From Dehalococcoides sp. JdFR-56 (GTDB lineage Bacteria > Chloroflexota > Dehalococcoidia > Dehalococcoidales > RBG-16-60-22): a stretch of DNA of 64,000 bases. Of the stretch, positions 46,470 to 57,347 are shown piece after piece. The notes beneath the pieces are model-generated. The model worked only from the letters and a program-made list of their open reading frames with translations. It did not search any database and was not told where the DNA came from. Numbering within the stretch: position 1 is the first letter of the stretch; each line of letters opens with the position of its first letter. The position numbers and the translations under genes are program-made. The DNA lies in the NCBI GenBank assembly GCA_002011495.1, contig MTNR01000036.1, forward strand, positions 15,239-79,238, given 5' to 3'.

Positions 46470-47564
46470 TCAGCCCCGAACCTTTCCCGCAATTAGCTCT
46501 CCCATTTCTTTAGTGCCCACCTGCCTCTTGCCACCTTCTATGATGTCATAGGTACGGTGGCCTTCCTCCAGCACCTCGGTTACTGCCGCCTCAACCGTCT
46601 GGGCCTCCTTGGCCAGACCACAGGAATAGCGCAGCATCATGGCCATGCTCAGGATGGTGGCGATGGGATTGGCCATGTTCAGGCCAGCACGGCGCGGGGC
46701 ACTGCCATGAATCGGCTCATAGAGGCCGAATATCCGGCTCCCCTCCCGGGGCACCCCGGCTAGGCTGGCCGAGGGCAGCATCCCCATCGAGCCGGCCAGC
46801 ATTGACGCCTCATCAGTCAGGATGTCCCCGAAGGTGTTTTCAGAGACCAGCACGTCAAAGTGAGTGGGGCTCTGGATCAAGCGCATGGCGCAGGCATCAA
46901 CCAGCATATGCTCTAGTTCCACATCAGGGTAGTCTCTAGACACCTCAATGGCCACCTGCCGCCAGAGTCGAGAAGATTCCAGGACATTGGCCTTATCCAC
47001 TGAGACCAGCTTCTTGCGCCGGCCCCGAGCTAGCTCAAAGCCGACTCTGACCACGCGAGCGATCTCTTGTTCAGAGTAGGTCATGGTATCCACTGCCCGC
47101 CGCCCCTTGGCTGTCTGCCACCGCTTCTTGGGGCGGCCAAAGTAAAGTCCACCGGTAAGCTCGCGAACGAAGATGAAATCCACCCCTTCCACCACTTCCG
47201 GCTTCAGGTTGGTGGAACCAGTCAGCATGGGCAGAGTCTTCACCGGGCGTAGGTTGGCAAACAGCCCCAGCTTTTTCCTCAGCCCTAGAATGCCATCCTC
47301 AGGGCGAACCTTGGCTTGAGGGTCATCCCACTTGGGCCCACCGACGGCGCCCAGCAGCACTGCATCGCAACTCTGGCTCATCTTCAAGGTATCAGGCGGC
47401 AGGGCGATGCCAGTCTCGTCAATGGCGGCCCCGCCAATCAGCCCGTAGCGCAAATCAAAGCTATGCCCAAACTTTTCCTCCACCGCCCGCAGCACTCCGA
47501 CCGTGGCCTCAACGATCTCAGGCCCCACGCCATCGCCGGGTAGTACCACTATCTTGAACTGCAT
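46470..47564 (-). CDS. leuB: 3-isopropylmalate dehydrogenase
   Basis: [46 protein letters not shown]. Confidence 0.9.
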   Translation of the reverse strand: MQFKIVVLPGDGVGPEIVEATVGVLRAVEEKFGHSFDLRYGLIGGAAIDETGIALPPDTLKMSQSCDAVLLGAVGGPKWDDPQAKVRPEDGILGLRKKLGLFANLRPVKTLPMLTGSTNLKPEVVEGVDFIFVRELTGGLYFGRPKKRWQTAKGRRAVDTMTYSEQEIARVVRVGFELARGRRKKLVSVDKANVLESSRLWRQVAIEVSRDYPDVELEHMLVDACAMRLIQSPTHFDVLVSENTFGDILTDEASMLAGSMGMLPSASLAGVPREGSRIFGLYEPIHGSAPRRAGLNMANPIATILSMAMMLRYSCGLAKEAQTVEAAVTEVLEEGHRTYDIIEGGKRQVGTKEMGELIAGKVRG

Positions 47565-47566
47565 CT

Positions 47567-48067
47567 TTAGACCCTCCTGCTCGCTAATCTCTGCTTGGTA
47601 TATTCAATAAGCCCGCCGGCGGAGATAATCCCGGTCATAAAGTCAGGGTAAGGGCTGGCGGTGAAGGTGAGGTTCTTGGTCAGGTTCTTGATTTGGCCGC
47701 GGGCCAGGTCAACCTCCAGGATATCGCCGGAGTCAGTTTTATCCACCGCTTCCTCAGACTCAAGCAGCGGCAGGCCGATGTTGATGGCATTGCGGAAGAA
47801 GATGCGGGCAAAGCTTTTGGCGATGACGCAGGAGATACCCGCCGCCTTGATGGCCAGCGGGGCATGCTCTCTTGACGAGCCGCAGCCGAAGTTGGTGGTG
47901 GCCATGATTATGTCCCCCGGCTCCACCCTCTTCAGAAAATCTTGGTCAATGTCCTCCATGCAGTGCTTGGCTAGCTCCGCCGGGTCATAGATATTGAGAT
48001 AACGCGCCGGGATAATGACATCCGTATCCACATTGGCCCCGTATTTATGAACTTTACCTTTTAGCAT
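47567..48067 (-). CDS. leuD: 3-isopropylmalate dehydratase small subunit
   Basis: [15 protein letters not shown] and [12 protein letters not shown] motifs. 166 aa. Confidence 0.88.
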   Translation of the reverse strand: MLKGKVHKYGANVDTDVIIPARYLNIYDPAELAKHCMEDIDQDFLKRVEPGDIIMATTNFGCGSSREHAPLAIKAAGISCVIAKSFARIFFRNAINIGLPLLESEEAVDKTDSGDILEVDLARGQIKNLTKNLTFTASPYPDFMTGIISAGGLIEYTKQRLASRRV

Positions 48068-48549
48068 GGGGTAACCTCCACTAATACCTTCTCAAAATCT
48101 TTTACTTTGGGTGGCTTTTTGCCCTTGGCTGGCTCAATAGTGTGCCCTTCTGCCCTCAAGCGCGCTGCCTGGGCCCCCACACCCCCAGGATACTTCTCAT
48201 TGAGTTCCCCTCCTGATTTCAGCGTTCGCCAGTAAGGGGTAATGTTCTCCTCCCCCACCGCGGCGGCTTCCTCGGCAGCGTGGGCGGCAATCCAGGCAAA
48301 GATTCCAGTGGTTATGGGGCAACCAATGGTGGCGCCATGTCTCTGTGCCAGGATAGCGCGGATCTGGTTTATGGTGATCAGCTTGCCCTCAGGGACCTGT
48401 CGCATAATCTCATCCACCTCTCTGGGGGCGGGAATGACCACCGTGCCCGTTCCCCATCTCTGGCTCATCTTATCCGTGATCACCTCAACCTTGGGCAAGC
48501 CCTTGTCATCGGCTAACTTCTCCCGCCAGCTCTTGCGTATCTTAGCCAT
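48061..48549 (-). CDS. MGMT-fold, alkyltransferase-like (ATL-type) DNA-binding protein lacking the active-site Cys
   Basis: [21 protein letters not shown]...CPITTG (HTH-like), then TPYWRTL where MGMT has PCHRV and ATL has PWHRV, then ARLRAEGH. Strong SD GGAGGAGGGGGAG. 7-nt overlap with the leuD start. Confidence 0.5.
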   Translation of the reverse strand: MAKIRKSWREKLADDKGLPKVEVITDKMSQRWGTGTVVIPAPREVDEIMRQVPEGKLITINQIRAILAQRHGATIGCPITTGIFAWIAAHAAEEAAAVGEENITPYWRTLKSGGELNEKYPGGVGAQAARLRAEGHTIEPAKGKKPPKVKDFEKVLVEVTPC

Positions 48550-48581
48550 ATCTCCCCCTCCTCCACAATGTTACGTCTTTA

Positions 48582-49835
48582 TCAATTTATCTCTGCCGGA
48601 CTGATAATACTGCCGGCTATGGCGCTGGCCGCGGCCACGGCGGGGTTGGACAAGTAAACCTCTGACTTGGGACTCCCCATCCGGCCGATGAAGTTGCGGT
48701 TGGTGGTGGAGATGCAGCGCTCGCCCTCCGCCAGCACTCCCATATGACCGCCGCAGCAAGGGCCACAGGTCGGCGTGCTGACCACAGCTCCAGCCTTGAT
48801 GAATATCTCAATGAGTCCCTCAGAGAGGGCGTCAAGATATATCTGCTGAGTGCCGGGGATGACGATGCAGCGCACCCTAGGATGCACTTTTCTTCCTTTC
48901 AATATCTGCGCCGCCACACGCAGGTCCTCCAGGCGCCCGTTGGTACAGCTGCCAATTACCGCCTGGTCAATCTCTATCCCCCCTACCTCACTCACCGTTT
49001 TGGTGTTAGAAGGTAGATGGGGCAAAGCCACCTGAGGCTCCATTCCGGAGACATCATACTCGATGACCTTGGCATACTCGGCATCACGGTCTGGCTCATA
49101 GACATGATAAGGGCGGCGGGCTCTTGATTTTATGTAAAGCTGTGTCTTGTTGTCCACTCGGAAGAGGCCAGCCTTGGCTCCAGCCTCAATGGCCATATTG
49201 GCCATGGTGAACCGCCCGTCCATGGAGAGAGCATCAATCGCCTCCCCACTGAACTCCATCGCCGAATATAAAGCGCCATCCACGCCAATATCACCGATGG
49301 TATAAAGGATCAGGTCTTTACCCCCTATCCACTTCCCCAGATTGCCGTGGTAGATAAACTTGATAGTTGGGGGCACCTTCATCCAGATATCACCTGTGGC
49401 CATGGCGGCGGCGAGGTCAGTTGAGCCGACGCCGGTGGAGAAGGCGCCCAGGGCGCCATAGGTGCAGGTATGTGAATCCCCTCCGATGACCAACTCTCCA
49501 GGCAGCACCAACCCTTCTTCGGGCAGGAGGGCGTGCTCAATGCCCGCCTTGCCCACCTCAAAGAAGAGCGCTCCTTGCTCAGCGCAGAACTCCCGCATCA
49601 TCTTGGATATCTCGGCGGTGGCGATGTCCTTGTTGGGCACAAAATGGTCGAGCACCATCACCACCCTTTTCGGGTCAAAGACCTTGCTTACGCCAATACG
49701 CCGGAATTCTCTGATGGCGATGGGAGCGGTGATATCATTGGCCAGAATAAGGTCCACCCGGACGTTGACGAACTCGCCCGGGCTGACCTCCTTCTTATCA
49801 GTGTGCGCGGCGATTATCTTCTCAGCTAGGTTCAT
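48582..49835 (-). CDS. leuC: 3-isopropylmalate dehydratase large subunit
   Basis: [32 protein letters not shown] aconitase-family cluster ligands. Start at MNLAEKII (ATG 49835). The ORF track extends to 49970. Confidence 0.9.
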   Translation of the reverse strand: MNLAEKIIAAHTDKKEVSPGEFVNVRVDLILANDITAPIAIREFRRIGVSKVFDPKRVVMVLDHFVPNKDIATAEISKMMREFCAEQGALFFEVGKAGIEHALLPEEGLVLPGELVIGGDSHTCTYGALGAFSTGVGSTDLAAAMATGDIWMKVPPTIKFIYHGNLGKWIGGKDLILYTIGDIGVDGALYSAMEFSGEAIDALSMDGRFTMANMAIEAGAKAGLFRVDNKTQLYIKSRARRPYHVYEPDRDAEYAKVIEYDVSGMEPQVALPHLPSNTKTVSEVGGIEIDQAVIGSCTNGRLEDLRVAAQILKGRKVHPRVRCIVIPGTQQIYLDALSEGLIEIFIKAGAVVSTPTCGPCCGGHMGVLAEGERCISTTNRNFIGRMGSPKSEVYLSNPAVAAASAIAGSIISPAEIN

Positions 49836-49875
49836 CAGAGCCCCCTTCCTAAAATCTTTGGCGCCTTCTAGCCAG

Positions 49876-50277
49876 TTACCCGAGCCAGCGAGGCATGACC
49901 AGCACCCCCAGCACCAGCGCCGTGGCCACCGCCGAGACCAGGTACAGCCCGGCCCCGACTGCCAGGCCAATGCCAGCTACCGTCCATATGGTTGCTGCCG
50001 TGGTCAGGCCAGCTACAATCCCGCCCTCACGGTGCAGGATAACCCCAGCCCCCAAGAAACCAACGCCGACAACCACTCCGGCAGCGATTCTGGCTGGGTC
50101 GCTCATGTCACCAAAACCGAAGATGGAGACCAGAGTAAAGAGGGCTGCCCCCACCGAGATAAGAATGTGTGTTCTCAGTCCGGCCTGCTTACCCGCCCTC
50201 TCCCGCTGATAGCCTATGGCCGCCCCCAGGACGGCGGCCAACAGGAGGCGCAGCACCATCTCCGCCCCTGTCCCCAT
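49876..50277 (-). CDS. MgtC/SapB family membrane protein
   Basis: [16 protein letters not shown]...[15 protein letters not shown] and [21 protein letters not shown] 8 nt upstream. Confidence 0.75.
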   Translation of the reverse strand: MGTGAEMVLRLLLAAVLGAAIGYQRERAGKQAGLRTHILISVGAALFTLVSIFGFGDMSDPARIAAGVVVGVGFLGAGVILHREGGIVAGLTTAATIWTVAGIGLAVGAGLYLVSAVATALVLGVLVMPRWLG

Positions 50278-50288
50278 TTTTTCAGCTC

Positions 50289-51812
50289 CTACTTGCTCGT
50301 TTCCCTCTTAGCCGTCAGCAACCGGTTCAGGGCGTTCATGTAAGCCTTGGCGCTGGCGACGATGATATCAGTATCGGCTCCCCGCCCGGTGTAGACGATA
50401 TCATCGCTCTCAATCCTGACCAACACCTCACCGATGGCGTCAATACCCTCGGTGATTGATTTGATGCTGAACTCGGTAAGGGTGTTAGGTACCTTGACTA
50501 TCTTGTCAATAGCCTTGAAGGCGGCGTCCACGGGGCCAGTGCCCAGCGCGGCATCGGCATAGGCCTGACCATCAGGCCCGATGAGCACCACCGAGGCGGT
50601 GGGGATGCCCCTATCACCACAGGATACCTGAATGCGGTCAAGATGGTAGACCTCGGAAACGGTGCGCTGCTCCTCAGCGACCAGGGACTCGATATCCCGG
50701 TCGGTGACCTCCTTTTTCTTGTCGGCTAGCTCTTTGAAGGCGCGGAAGACACGGTTGAAATCCTCGTCATTTAGGCTATAGCCTAGTTCTGCCAACCGCT
50801 CCCGCAGGGCATGCCGGCCGCTGAGCTTGCCCAGCACCAGACTGCTGGCCGGGATGCCAACCGTTTTGGGGTCAATTATCTCAAAGGTAATGGGCATCTT
50901 GATGACCCCGTCCTGGTGTATCCCTGACTCATGGCGGAAGGCATTGGCCCCGACGATGGCCTTGTTTGGCTGCACGGAGAACCCGGTTAGCTCGCTCACC
51001 AGGCGGCTGGTCTTGTATATCTGCCTGGTCTCAATATCCGTCTTCACATTGAAGAGGTCACTGCGGGTCTTGAGCGTCATCACGATCTCCTCAAGGGAGG
51101 CGTTTCCTGCTCTCTCGCCAATGCCGTTGATGGTGCACTCCACTTGTCTTGCCCCTCTTTTTATCGCCTCCAGGCTGTTTGCCACCGCCAGGCCAAGGTC
51201 ATTATGGCAGTGGACGCTGACCACCGCCCGGCCGATGTTGGGCACGTTCTGGAAAATCCCCTCAATCAACCGGCCGAATTCATCGGGGATGGAGTAGCCC
51301 ACGGTATCAGGGATATTCACCGTGGTGGCCCCGGCATCAATGGCTGCCTCCAGAATCTGGTAGAGGTACGCCGGCTCGGTTCGGCTGGCATCCATCGGGG
51401 AGAACTCAATATCCTCGGTGTAGCCCTTGGCCCGGGCGACCATGTCATGAGCCATCTGCAAGACTTCATCCCGGCTCTTCTTCATTCCGTGCATGAGGTG
51501 GATGTCTGAAGAGGAGACGAAGACGTGGATTCGGGGATGCGCTGCCCCCTTCACCGCTTCCCAAGCCCGGTCCACATCCTCAGGCTTGGCGCGGGCTAGG
51601 CCGCAGATTATGGGGCGGCGTATCTCCTTGGCGATAAGACTCACCGCCTCAAAGTCCCCCGGAGAGCTGATGGGGAAACCAGCCTCGATAACATCTACCC
51701 CGAGCTTGTCCAGCTGCCGGGCGATCTCCAGTTTCTCCTTCAGGTTCAGGCTGCCACCAGCAGCCTGCTCCCCGTCCCTCAAGGTGGTGTCAAAGATAAT
51801 GACCTTGTCCAT
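50289..51812 (-). CDS. leuA: 2-isopropylmalate synthase
   Basis: [45 protein letters not shown], and a C-terminal regulatory domain. Confidence 0.9.
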   Translation of the reverse strand: MDKVIIFDTTLRDGEQAAGGSLNLKEKLEIARQLDKLGVDVIEAGFPISSPGDFEAVSLIAKEIRRPIICGLARAKPEDVDRAWEAVKGAAHPRIHVFVSSSDIHLMHGMKKSRDEVLQMAHDMVARAKGYTEDIEFSPMDASRTEPAYLYQILEAAIDAGATTVNIPDTVGYSIPDEFGRLIEGIFQNVPNIGRAVVSVHCHNDLGLAVANSLEAIKRGARQVECTINGIGERAGNASLEEIVMTLKTRSDLFNVKTDIETRQIYKTSRLVSELTGFSVQPNKAIVGANAFRHESGIHQDGVIKMPITFEIIDPKTVGIPASSLVLGKLSGRHALRERLAELGYSLNDEDFNRVFRAFKELADKKKEVTDRDIESLVAEEQRTVSEVYHLDRIQVSCGDRGIPTASVVLIGPDGQAYADAALGTGPVDAAFKAIDKIVKVPNTLTEFSIKSITEGIDAIGEVLVRIESDDIVYTGRGADTDIIVASAKAYMNALNRLLTAKRETSK

Positions 51813-51855
51813 GGCTCCTCACATTTCCGACCAATGGCTTACCGAATTTTATTTT

Positions 51856-52842
51856 CTAAAGCCAGGGCATCATCTTGCGCAACTCTTTGCCCACGAGCTC
51901 AATGGGATGCTCTCGGTCCTTGCGCTTCAGGGCGTTGAAGACCGGGCGCCCAGCCTGATTTTCCAGAATCCACTCCCTGGCGAAGGTGCCGTCCTGAATC
52001 TCGGCGAGAATCTCCCAGAGATTCTCCCTCACCATATCGTCGATGACCCGTGGCCCCCGGGTGAGGTCACCGTATTGGGCGGTGTAGCTCACCGAATCGC
52101 GCATGAAGCTAATACCACCCTTGTAGATCAGGTCAACGATGAGCTTGAGCTCATTGAGACACTCAAAGTAGGCTAGTTCTGGCTGATAGCCGGCTTCCAC
52201 CAGCACCTCAAAGGTGGCCTTGAGCAGAGCGGTGATGCCGCCACAGAGTATAGCCTGCTCGCCGAAGAGGTCAGTCTCGGTTTCCTCAGCGAAGGTTGTC
52301 TCCAGGACTCCAGCCCGGGCGCAGCCAATGCCCTTGGCATAGGCGAGGGCCTTCTCCTTCGCCTGACCTGAGGCATCCTGATAGACGGCAAGTAGCGCCG
52401 GCACACCCTGGCCCTGCGTGAAAAGCTCACGCAATAGGTTCCCTGGGCTCTTGGGCGCTACCATGGTGACATCAATATCAGGCGAGGGGATAACCTGTCC
52501 ATAGTGAATATTGAAGCCGTGCGAGAACATGAGCATATTGCCCTTGCTTAAGTTAGGGGCGATATGGTTATTGTAGATTTCCTGGTGCAGATTATCCGGC
52601 GCCAGCATCATGATAACATCAGCGGCTTTGGCTGCCTCCGCCACGGAAGCTACTTTGAGGCCATCAGCCTCAGCCCTGGCCCGGCTTTTGCTACCTTCGT
52701 GCAGTCCCACCACCACCTCGCAGCCGCTATCCTTAAGGTTGAGTGACTGGCCTCGTCCCTGATTGCCGTAGCCAATGACCGCGATCACCTTGTCTTTAAG
52801 CAAATTCAGGTCCGCATCTTTGTCGTAGTACACCTTGGCCAT
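51856..52842 (-). CDS. ilvC: Ketol-acid reductoisomerase (class I)
   Basis: [37 protein letters not shown]. Confidence 0.92.
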   Translation of the reverse strand: MAKVYYDKDADLNLLKDKVIAVIGYGNQGRGQSLNLKDSGCEVVVGLHEGSKSRARAEADGLKVASVAEAAKAADVIMMLAPDNLHQEIYNNHIAPNLSKGNMLMFSHGFNIHYGQVIPSPDIDVTMVAPKSPGNLLRELFTQGQGVPALLAVYQDASGQAKEKALAYAKGIGCARAGVLETTFAEETETDLFGEQAILCGGITALLKATFEVLVEAGYQPELAYFECLNELKLIVDLIYKGGISFMRDSVSYTAQYGDLTRGPRVIDDMVRENLWEILAEIQDGTFAREWILENQAGRPVFNALKRKDREHPIELVGKELRKMMPWL

Positions 52843-52907
52843 AAATGTATTCCCTCCTTTTATTTTTTGGCTCGGGTTAGCTTAAATGGCTATCGCTTCT
52901 CCTCTTT

Positions 52908-53441
52908 TTATACCAGCCCTTGTCCTTGGTCGGCCGCTTTGGCTTTCTTCTCCTCGGCTCGCGTGGTGCTGCCCCGCAGCATGGCAATGCAGCCGGTCCT
53001 GGCCACCTCTTTGATGCCAAAGCTGCGGAGCAAATTCAAGAGAGAGTTGACCTTGTCCTCGTCTCCGGTGATCTCGATGGTGAGTGAATCCGTGGCCACA
53101 TCAACGATATTGGCGCGGAAGATATCGGCGATCTCAATTATCTCGCTGCGGGTGGCCGAAGTAGCTCTCACCTTGATTAGGGCCAGCTCCCTGACCGTGA
53201 TATTATCTCCGGTAACGTCAATCACTTTGACCACATCAACCACCTTGCTCAGCTGCTTCCTCACCTGCTCCAGAATATTGGCGGAGCCATTGACCACGAT
53301 GGTCATGCGTGATAGAGACGGCAGTTCGCTATGCCCCACGGCGATGCTCTCAATGTTGAAGCCACGCCGCCGGAAGAGGCTGGCCATTCGGGTGAGCACC
53401 CCGGGCTTATCCTCTACCAAAGCAACCAGAGTATGCTTCAT
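52908..53441 (-). CDS. ilvN: Acetolactate synthase small (regulatory) subunit, full length (ACT plus C-terminal domain)
   Basis: HTLVALVEDKPGVLTRMASLFRRRGFNIESIAVG. About 177 aa from ATG 53441. The ORF track extends to 53489. Confidence 0.88.
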   Translation of the reverse strand: MKHTLVALVEDKPGVLTRMASLFRRRGFNIESIAVGHSELPSLSRMTIVVNGSANILEQVRKQLSKVVDVVKVIDVTGDNITVRELALIKVRATSATRSEIIEIADIFRANIVDVATDSLTIEITGDEDKVNSLLNLLRSFGIKEVARTGCIAMLRGSTTRAEEKKAKAADQGQGLV

Positions 53442-53504
53442 CGGATTTGTGCTGCCCATCTCTCTTTCCCGCTTTCCCTGACGACTCAAAGTGCCAAGGC
53501 GGGA

Positions 53505-53780
53505 CTATACCGCATCCTCGGCGGTGATGTCTGATACCTTGACCACGTCCACTATCTTCTCTAGCTGGTTCCTGACCTGCCCCAGCACACTGGCTGACCC
53601 GGACACCACAATGGCGACACGGGTGAGTCCAGGCCGTTCGCTATCTTCGGTTTCGATCGTCTCCAACACGTTGACGCTGTGGATGTTGAAGCCACGCCTG
53701 CGGAAAACGCTGGACATCCGGTTGAGCACCCCAGGTTTATCCTCTACCAAGGCCAGTAGTATGTGTTTTGTTGCCGCCAT
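53505..53780 (-). CDS. ACT-domain-only paralog of the acetolactate synthase small subunit
   Basis: HILLALVEDKPGVLNRMSSVFRRRGFNIHSVNV is near-identical to the ilvN N-terminus. About 91 aa. It lies between ilvB and ilvN. Confidence 0.7.
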   Translation of the reverse strand: MAATKHILLALVEDKPGVLNRMSSVFRRRGFNIHSVNVLETIETEDSERPGLTRVAIVVSGSASVLGQVRNQLEKIVDVVKVSDITAEDAV

Positions 53781-53798
53781 TTTTATCACCTGCCCAGT

Positions 53799-55523
53799 TT
53801 AGATATTGCTCACCCTGAGCTTGGTGGAATCGGAGATGGCTTTCGCCTTCTGTTTGGGCTCCTCCAGAATCTCGGCGATGGTTGCCCCTGGGGGTATCAT
53901 GGGATAAACGCTCTCCTCAGGCTCCACCTTAAAATCGATGAGGAAAGGCCCTGGATGTGCCATGGCCTGCTCAATGGCGGGAACCACCTCTTCCCTGCGC
54001 TCAACCCTGAGCCCGGGAAGGCAGTACCCCTCCGCGATCTTGACGAAATCAGGGCAATAGAGGGGCGTGGCCACATACCGTCCTTTATAGAAGAGCTCCT
54101 GCCACTGCCGTACCATGCCGAGGTAACCGTTATTGATGATGGCGATCTTAATCGCCAGCTGCTCCTGGACTATGGTGGCCAGCTCCTGAATGGTCATCTG
54201 AAAACTGCCGTCCCCATCGATGCACCAGACAATGCTATCCGGGCAGCCCACCTTGGCGCCCAGAGCTCCCGGCAGCCCAAAGCCCATTGCCCCCAGCCCT
54301 CCCGAGGAGACCAGGGTGTTTGGTTTATTGTAGGTGTAGTGCTGGGCCGCCCACATCTGGTGTTGGCCAACCCCGGTAACGATGATCGCCTCCCCCTTGG
54401 TTATCTCATATATCTTGCGGATGACATACTGGGGCAGGAGGCTATCACTATCTCTTATCTCCGTGGAGGGGCGCTCCCTCCGCCAGGCATCAAGCTGCCT
54501 TATCCACTCAGTATGCGTGGTGGGAGATATCAGCTTATTTAACGCCTGAAGAACCATCTTGACATCGCCCACTATGGGCACGTCAACGCGCACGTTCTTC
54601 CCGATCTCGGCAGGGTCAATGTCAATATGGATGATGCGGGCGTGAGGGGCAAAGGCGCTTATCTTGCCGGTGACCCGGTCATCAAATCTCATACCCACGG
54701 CCAGAATCACGTCAGCGTTATTCACCGCCAGATTGGCGTAGACCATGCCGTGCATGCCCACCATGCCATAGCTCAGCACGTGGCTCTCTGGGAAGCAGCC
54801 AATGCCCAGCAGGGTGGTCACCACGGGTATCTGGGCGGTTTCTGCTAGCTGCTTGAGCTCAGCATAGGCCCGGGAGATATTGACCCCTCTGCCGGCGATG
54901 ATCAGCGGGCGCTCCGCCTCATTGAGCAGCTTGGCCGCCTTCTTAATCTGGGTGGGGTGGCCTTGGAGGGTCGGCTTGTAGCCGGGCAGTTCCACCTTAT
55001 CTGGGTAGTGGAATTCGGTGCGCTCCATAAAAATGTCGCGTGGGATATCGATGACCACTGGGCCGGGGCGCCCGGTGCGTGCCAGATGAAAGGCCTGCTT
55101 GATCACCGTCGCCAGGACGTCAACGTCCATGACCAGATAATTGTGCTTGGTAATGGGCAGGGTGATGCCGGTGATGTCTGTCTCTTGGAAGGCATCTTTG
55201 CCGATAAATGACCTGGCCACCTGGCCGGTTATCGCTACCACCGGCGAGGAGTCCAGAAAGGCATTGGCGATCCCGGTTACCAGGTTAGTCGCCCCGGGGC
55301 CAGAGGTGGCAAAGCATACCCCCACCTTCCCCGTGACCCGGGCATAACCATCGGCGGCATGGGCTGCCCCCTGCTCATGGCGCACCAGAACATGCCTGAG
55401 CTGAGGGTAGTGAGGCAAGGTATCATACAGCGGGATGACAGCACCGCCAGGCAAGCCAAAGATAACTTCCACCCCTTCCTTGACCAGGCTTTCACACACA
55501 ATCTGGGCACCCGTCATCTTCAT
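53799..55523 (-). CDS. ilvB: Acetolactate synthase large (catalytic) subunit
   Basis: MTGAQIVCESLVKEGVEVIFGLPGG, RHEQGAAHAADGYAR, GLGAMGFGLPGALGA, GDGSFQM...NNGYLGMV. Confidence 0.92.
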   Translation of the reverse strand: MKMTGAQIVCESLVKEGVEVIFGLPGGAVIPLYDTLPHYPQLRHVLVRHEQGAAHAADGYARVTGKVGVCFATSGPGATNLVTGIANAFLDSSPVVAITGQVARSFIGKDAFQETDITGITLPITKHNYLVMDVDVLATVIKQAFHLARTGRPGPVVIDIPRDIFMERTEFHYPDKVELPGYKPTLQGHPTQIKKAAKLLNEAERPLIIAGRGVNISRAYAELKQLAETAQIPVVTTLLGIGCFPESHVLSYGMVGMHGMVYANLAVNNADVILAVGMRFDDRVTGKISAFAPHARIIHIDIDPAEIGKNVRVDVPIVGDVKMVLQALNKLISPTTHTEWIRQLDAWRRERPSTEIRDSDSLLPQYVIRKIYEITKGEAIIVTGVGQHQMWAAQHYTYNKPNTLVSSGGLGAMGFGLPGALGAKVGCPDSIVWCIDGDGSFQMTIQELATIVQEQLAIKIAIINNGYLGMVRQWQELFYKGRYVATPLYCPDFVKIAEGYCLPGLRVERREEVVPAIEQAMAHPGPFLIDFKVEPEESVYPMIPPGATIAEILEEPKQKAKAISDSTKLRVSNI

Positions 55524-55535
55524 GGTTGGCCTCCT

Positions 55536-57212
55536 TCACCCGCCAAACACGGCGCCGGTGCTAGCGGAAGTCACCTTCTCCGCATAGTATCTAAGATAGC
55601 CCATTTTTACTTTTGGTTCAAATTCGGGTAGCTCAGCCAGCCGACGAGCTATCTCCTCCTCGCTGAGCTCCACCTCAAGTTTATAATTGGGAATGTCAAT
55701 ATTGATGATATCTCCCTCCTTTAAGGCCGCGATTGGCCCTCGGCTGGCAGCTTCAGGGGAGACATGCCCGATGGCAGCGCCACGCGACCCTCCGGAAAAA
55801 CGCCCGTCGGTGATGAGGGCGACCTCTTTATCCAGGCCGCTGCCACTCAGGAGAGAGGTGGGGGTGAGCATTTCCCTCATCCCTGGCCCTCCTCTGGGGC
55901 CTTCATAACGGATGACAATGACATCTCCTGACTTTATGGCACCACTCATGATCGCCTCGGTGGCTGCCTCTTCAGAGTCAAACACCCTAGCCGGCCCCCG
56001 GCGGGTGAGCATCTCGGGAGCCACTGCTGACCTCCTCACCACCGCCCCCTCCGGCGCCAGATTGCCGAAGAGTATCGCCAGACCGCCGGTGGCGGTGTAG
56101 GCATCGGACCTCGGGCGGATTATCTCCTTATCCAAAATCCGGCTGCGCGCGATGTTCTCCCCCAGTGACTTGCCGGTCACCGTTCTTAGCTCCAGCTTGA
56201 GTAACCCCTCCAGTTCCTTCATCACCGCCGATATGCCCCCGGCGTGATCTAAGTCCTCAATATGATACTTGCGCCCGCTATCCACGTAGGCTGGGGAGAG
56301 CTTGCACAGGCAGGGGGTTTGCTGGCTTATCTCGTTTATCATGGCCAGGGGGAAATTGGCCCCGGCCTCATGGGCGATGGCCATAAGATGCAGCACCGAA
56401 TTGGTGCTCGCCCCCAGGGCCATATCAACGGTCAGGGCATTGTAGATAGAGTCAGCGTTGATGATATCCCTGGGGCGCAGGTCATCAGCCAGAAGCTTCA
56501 TTACTTGGCGCCCGGCTTCCCTAGCCAGCCCGCGCCGCCGGGCATCCACCGCCGGGATGGTGCCATTGCCAGGTAGCCCTATACCTAGCGCCTCAATCAG
56601 GCAGTTCATGGTATTGGCGGTGAACATTCCGGCGCAGCTGCCGCAGCCGGGGCAGGCGACCTGCTCCAGCTCCTCCAGCTCCTCCTGGGTCATCTTGCCG
56701 CTGATCACCTCCCCCACCCCCTCAAAGACGGAGATGAGGTCGACTTTTTTGCCATCGCTGCCGAAGCGCCCAGCCAGCATCGGGCCACCGCTGACGAAGA
56801 TGGCCGGCAGGTTCAGCCTGACCGCAGCCATCAGCATCCCGGGGACCACCTTATCGCAGCTGGGGATGAAGACCAAACCGTCGAAGGCGTGCGCCTCAGC
56901 CACGGTCTCCACCGAGTCAGCGATGAGCTCCCGGCTCGGTAGACTATATTTCATCCCGGAATGATTCATGACGATGCCATCACACACGGCGATGGTATTG
57001 ACTTCAAAGGGGACGCCTCCGCCCTGACGTACCCCGTCTTTCACCGCATCGGCGATATCGCGCAGGTGCTTGTGGCCAGGCACGATCTCGCTGAAGCTAT
57101 TAATGACCCCAATGAAGGGCCTATCCATCTCATCCCGAGTGCAGCCTAGAGCGTACAGCAGCGACCGATGTGGTGCCCGCTCGATGCCTTTTTTGACCAC
57201 ATCACTTTTCAA
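55536..57212 (-). CDS. ilvD: Dihydroxy-acid dehydratase
   Basis: [48 protein letters not shown] start at 57212 behind GGGGGTAAGG. Confidence 0.92.
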   Translation of the reverse strand: MKSDVVKKGIERAPHRSLLYALGCTRDEMDRPFIGVINSFSEIVPGHKHLRDIADAVKDGVRQGGGVPFEVNTIAVCDGIVMNHSGMKYSLPSRELIADSVETVAEAHAFDGLVFIPSCDKVVPGMLMAAVRLNLPAIFVSGGPMLAGRFGSDGKKVDLISVFEGVGEVISGKMTQEELEELEQVACPGCGSCAGMFTANTMNCLIEALGIGLPGNGTIPAVDARRRGLAREAGRQVMKLLADDLRPRDIINADSIYNALTVDMALGASTNSVLHLMAIAHEAGANFPLAMINEISQQTPCLCKLSPAYVDSGRKYHIEDLDHAGGISAVMKELEGLLKLELRTVTGKSLGENIARSRILDKEIIRPRSDAYTATGGLAILFGNLAPEGAVVRRSAVAPEMLTRRGPARVFDSEEAATEAIMSGAIKSGDVIVIRYEGPRGGPGMREMLTPTSLLSGSGLDKEVALITDGRFSGGSRGAAIGHVSPEAASRGPIAALKEGDIINIDIPNYKLEVELSEEEIARRLAELPEFEPKVKMGYLRYYAEKVTSASTGAVFGG

Positions 57213-57241
57213 TGCCTTACCCCCGGGAAAAATATTATGTT

Positions 57242-57294
57242 AAAAAAAGAACCGCCCTTGCGGACGGACTCAAAGCCAAAACGCGTCAGTCCGT
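57242..57294 (-). terminator. Two stacked hairpins followed by UUCUUUUUUU. Either a candidate intrinsic terminator for the tsa operon or a leader attenuator for the ilv operon.
   Basis: Minus strand: ACGGACU-17 nt-AGUCCGU (57294-57264), then CCGC-AAGG-GCGG (57263-57252), then UUCUUUUUUU (57251-57242). It sits about 30 nt upstream of the ilvD start. Confidence 0.35.
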
Positions 57295-57299
57295 ATCAC

Positions 57300-57329
57300 A
57301 ACATAGCATAAATAAATGTCTATTGTCAA
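57300..57329 (-). promoter_or_regulatory. Candidate promoter with extended -10 upstream of ilvD
   Basis: Minus strand: TTGACA (57329-57324), an 18-nt spacer containing TGc, then TATGTT (57305-57300). Confidence 0.4.
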
Positions 57330-57347
57330 ACATAGCTGAAGACGCCT

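Noticed and set aside
49462-50343. A 293-aa plus-strand ORF spanning the leuC 5' end, the MgtC-like gene and the leuA 3' end
   Set aside because: It lies antisense to three well-supported genes, is extremely rich in Ser, Pro, Thr and Arg, and has no motif, SD or promoter. It is judged a shadow ORF.
51493-54542. A series of long antisense ORFs in the ilv/leu operon (51493-52176, 52867-53481, 53763-54542). Similar ones occur elsewhere (6869-7477, 9581-10237, 28316-28909, 33951-34535, 41922-42518).
   Set aside because: All lie opposite genes with strong family motifs, have biased low-complexity composition, and cross gene boundaries. I treat them as non-coding shadows.
57213-57347. A T-box or amino-acid riboswitch upstream of ilvD
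   Set aside because: The region is only 135 nt. It lacks the T-box consensus, a specifier-loop architecture and any Ile/Leu/Val-rich leader peptide. Only simple hairpins plus a U-run are present.
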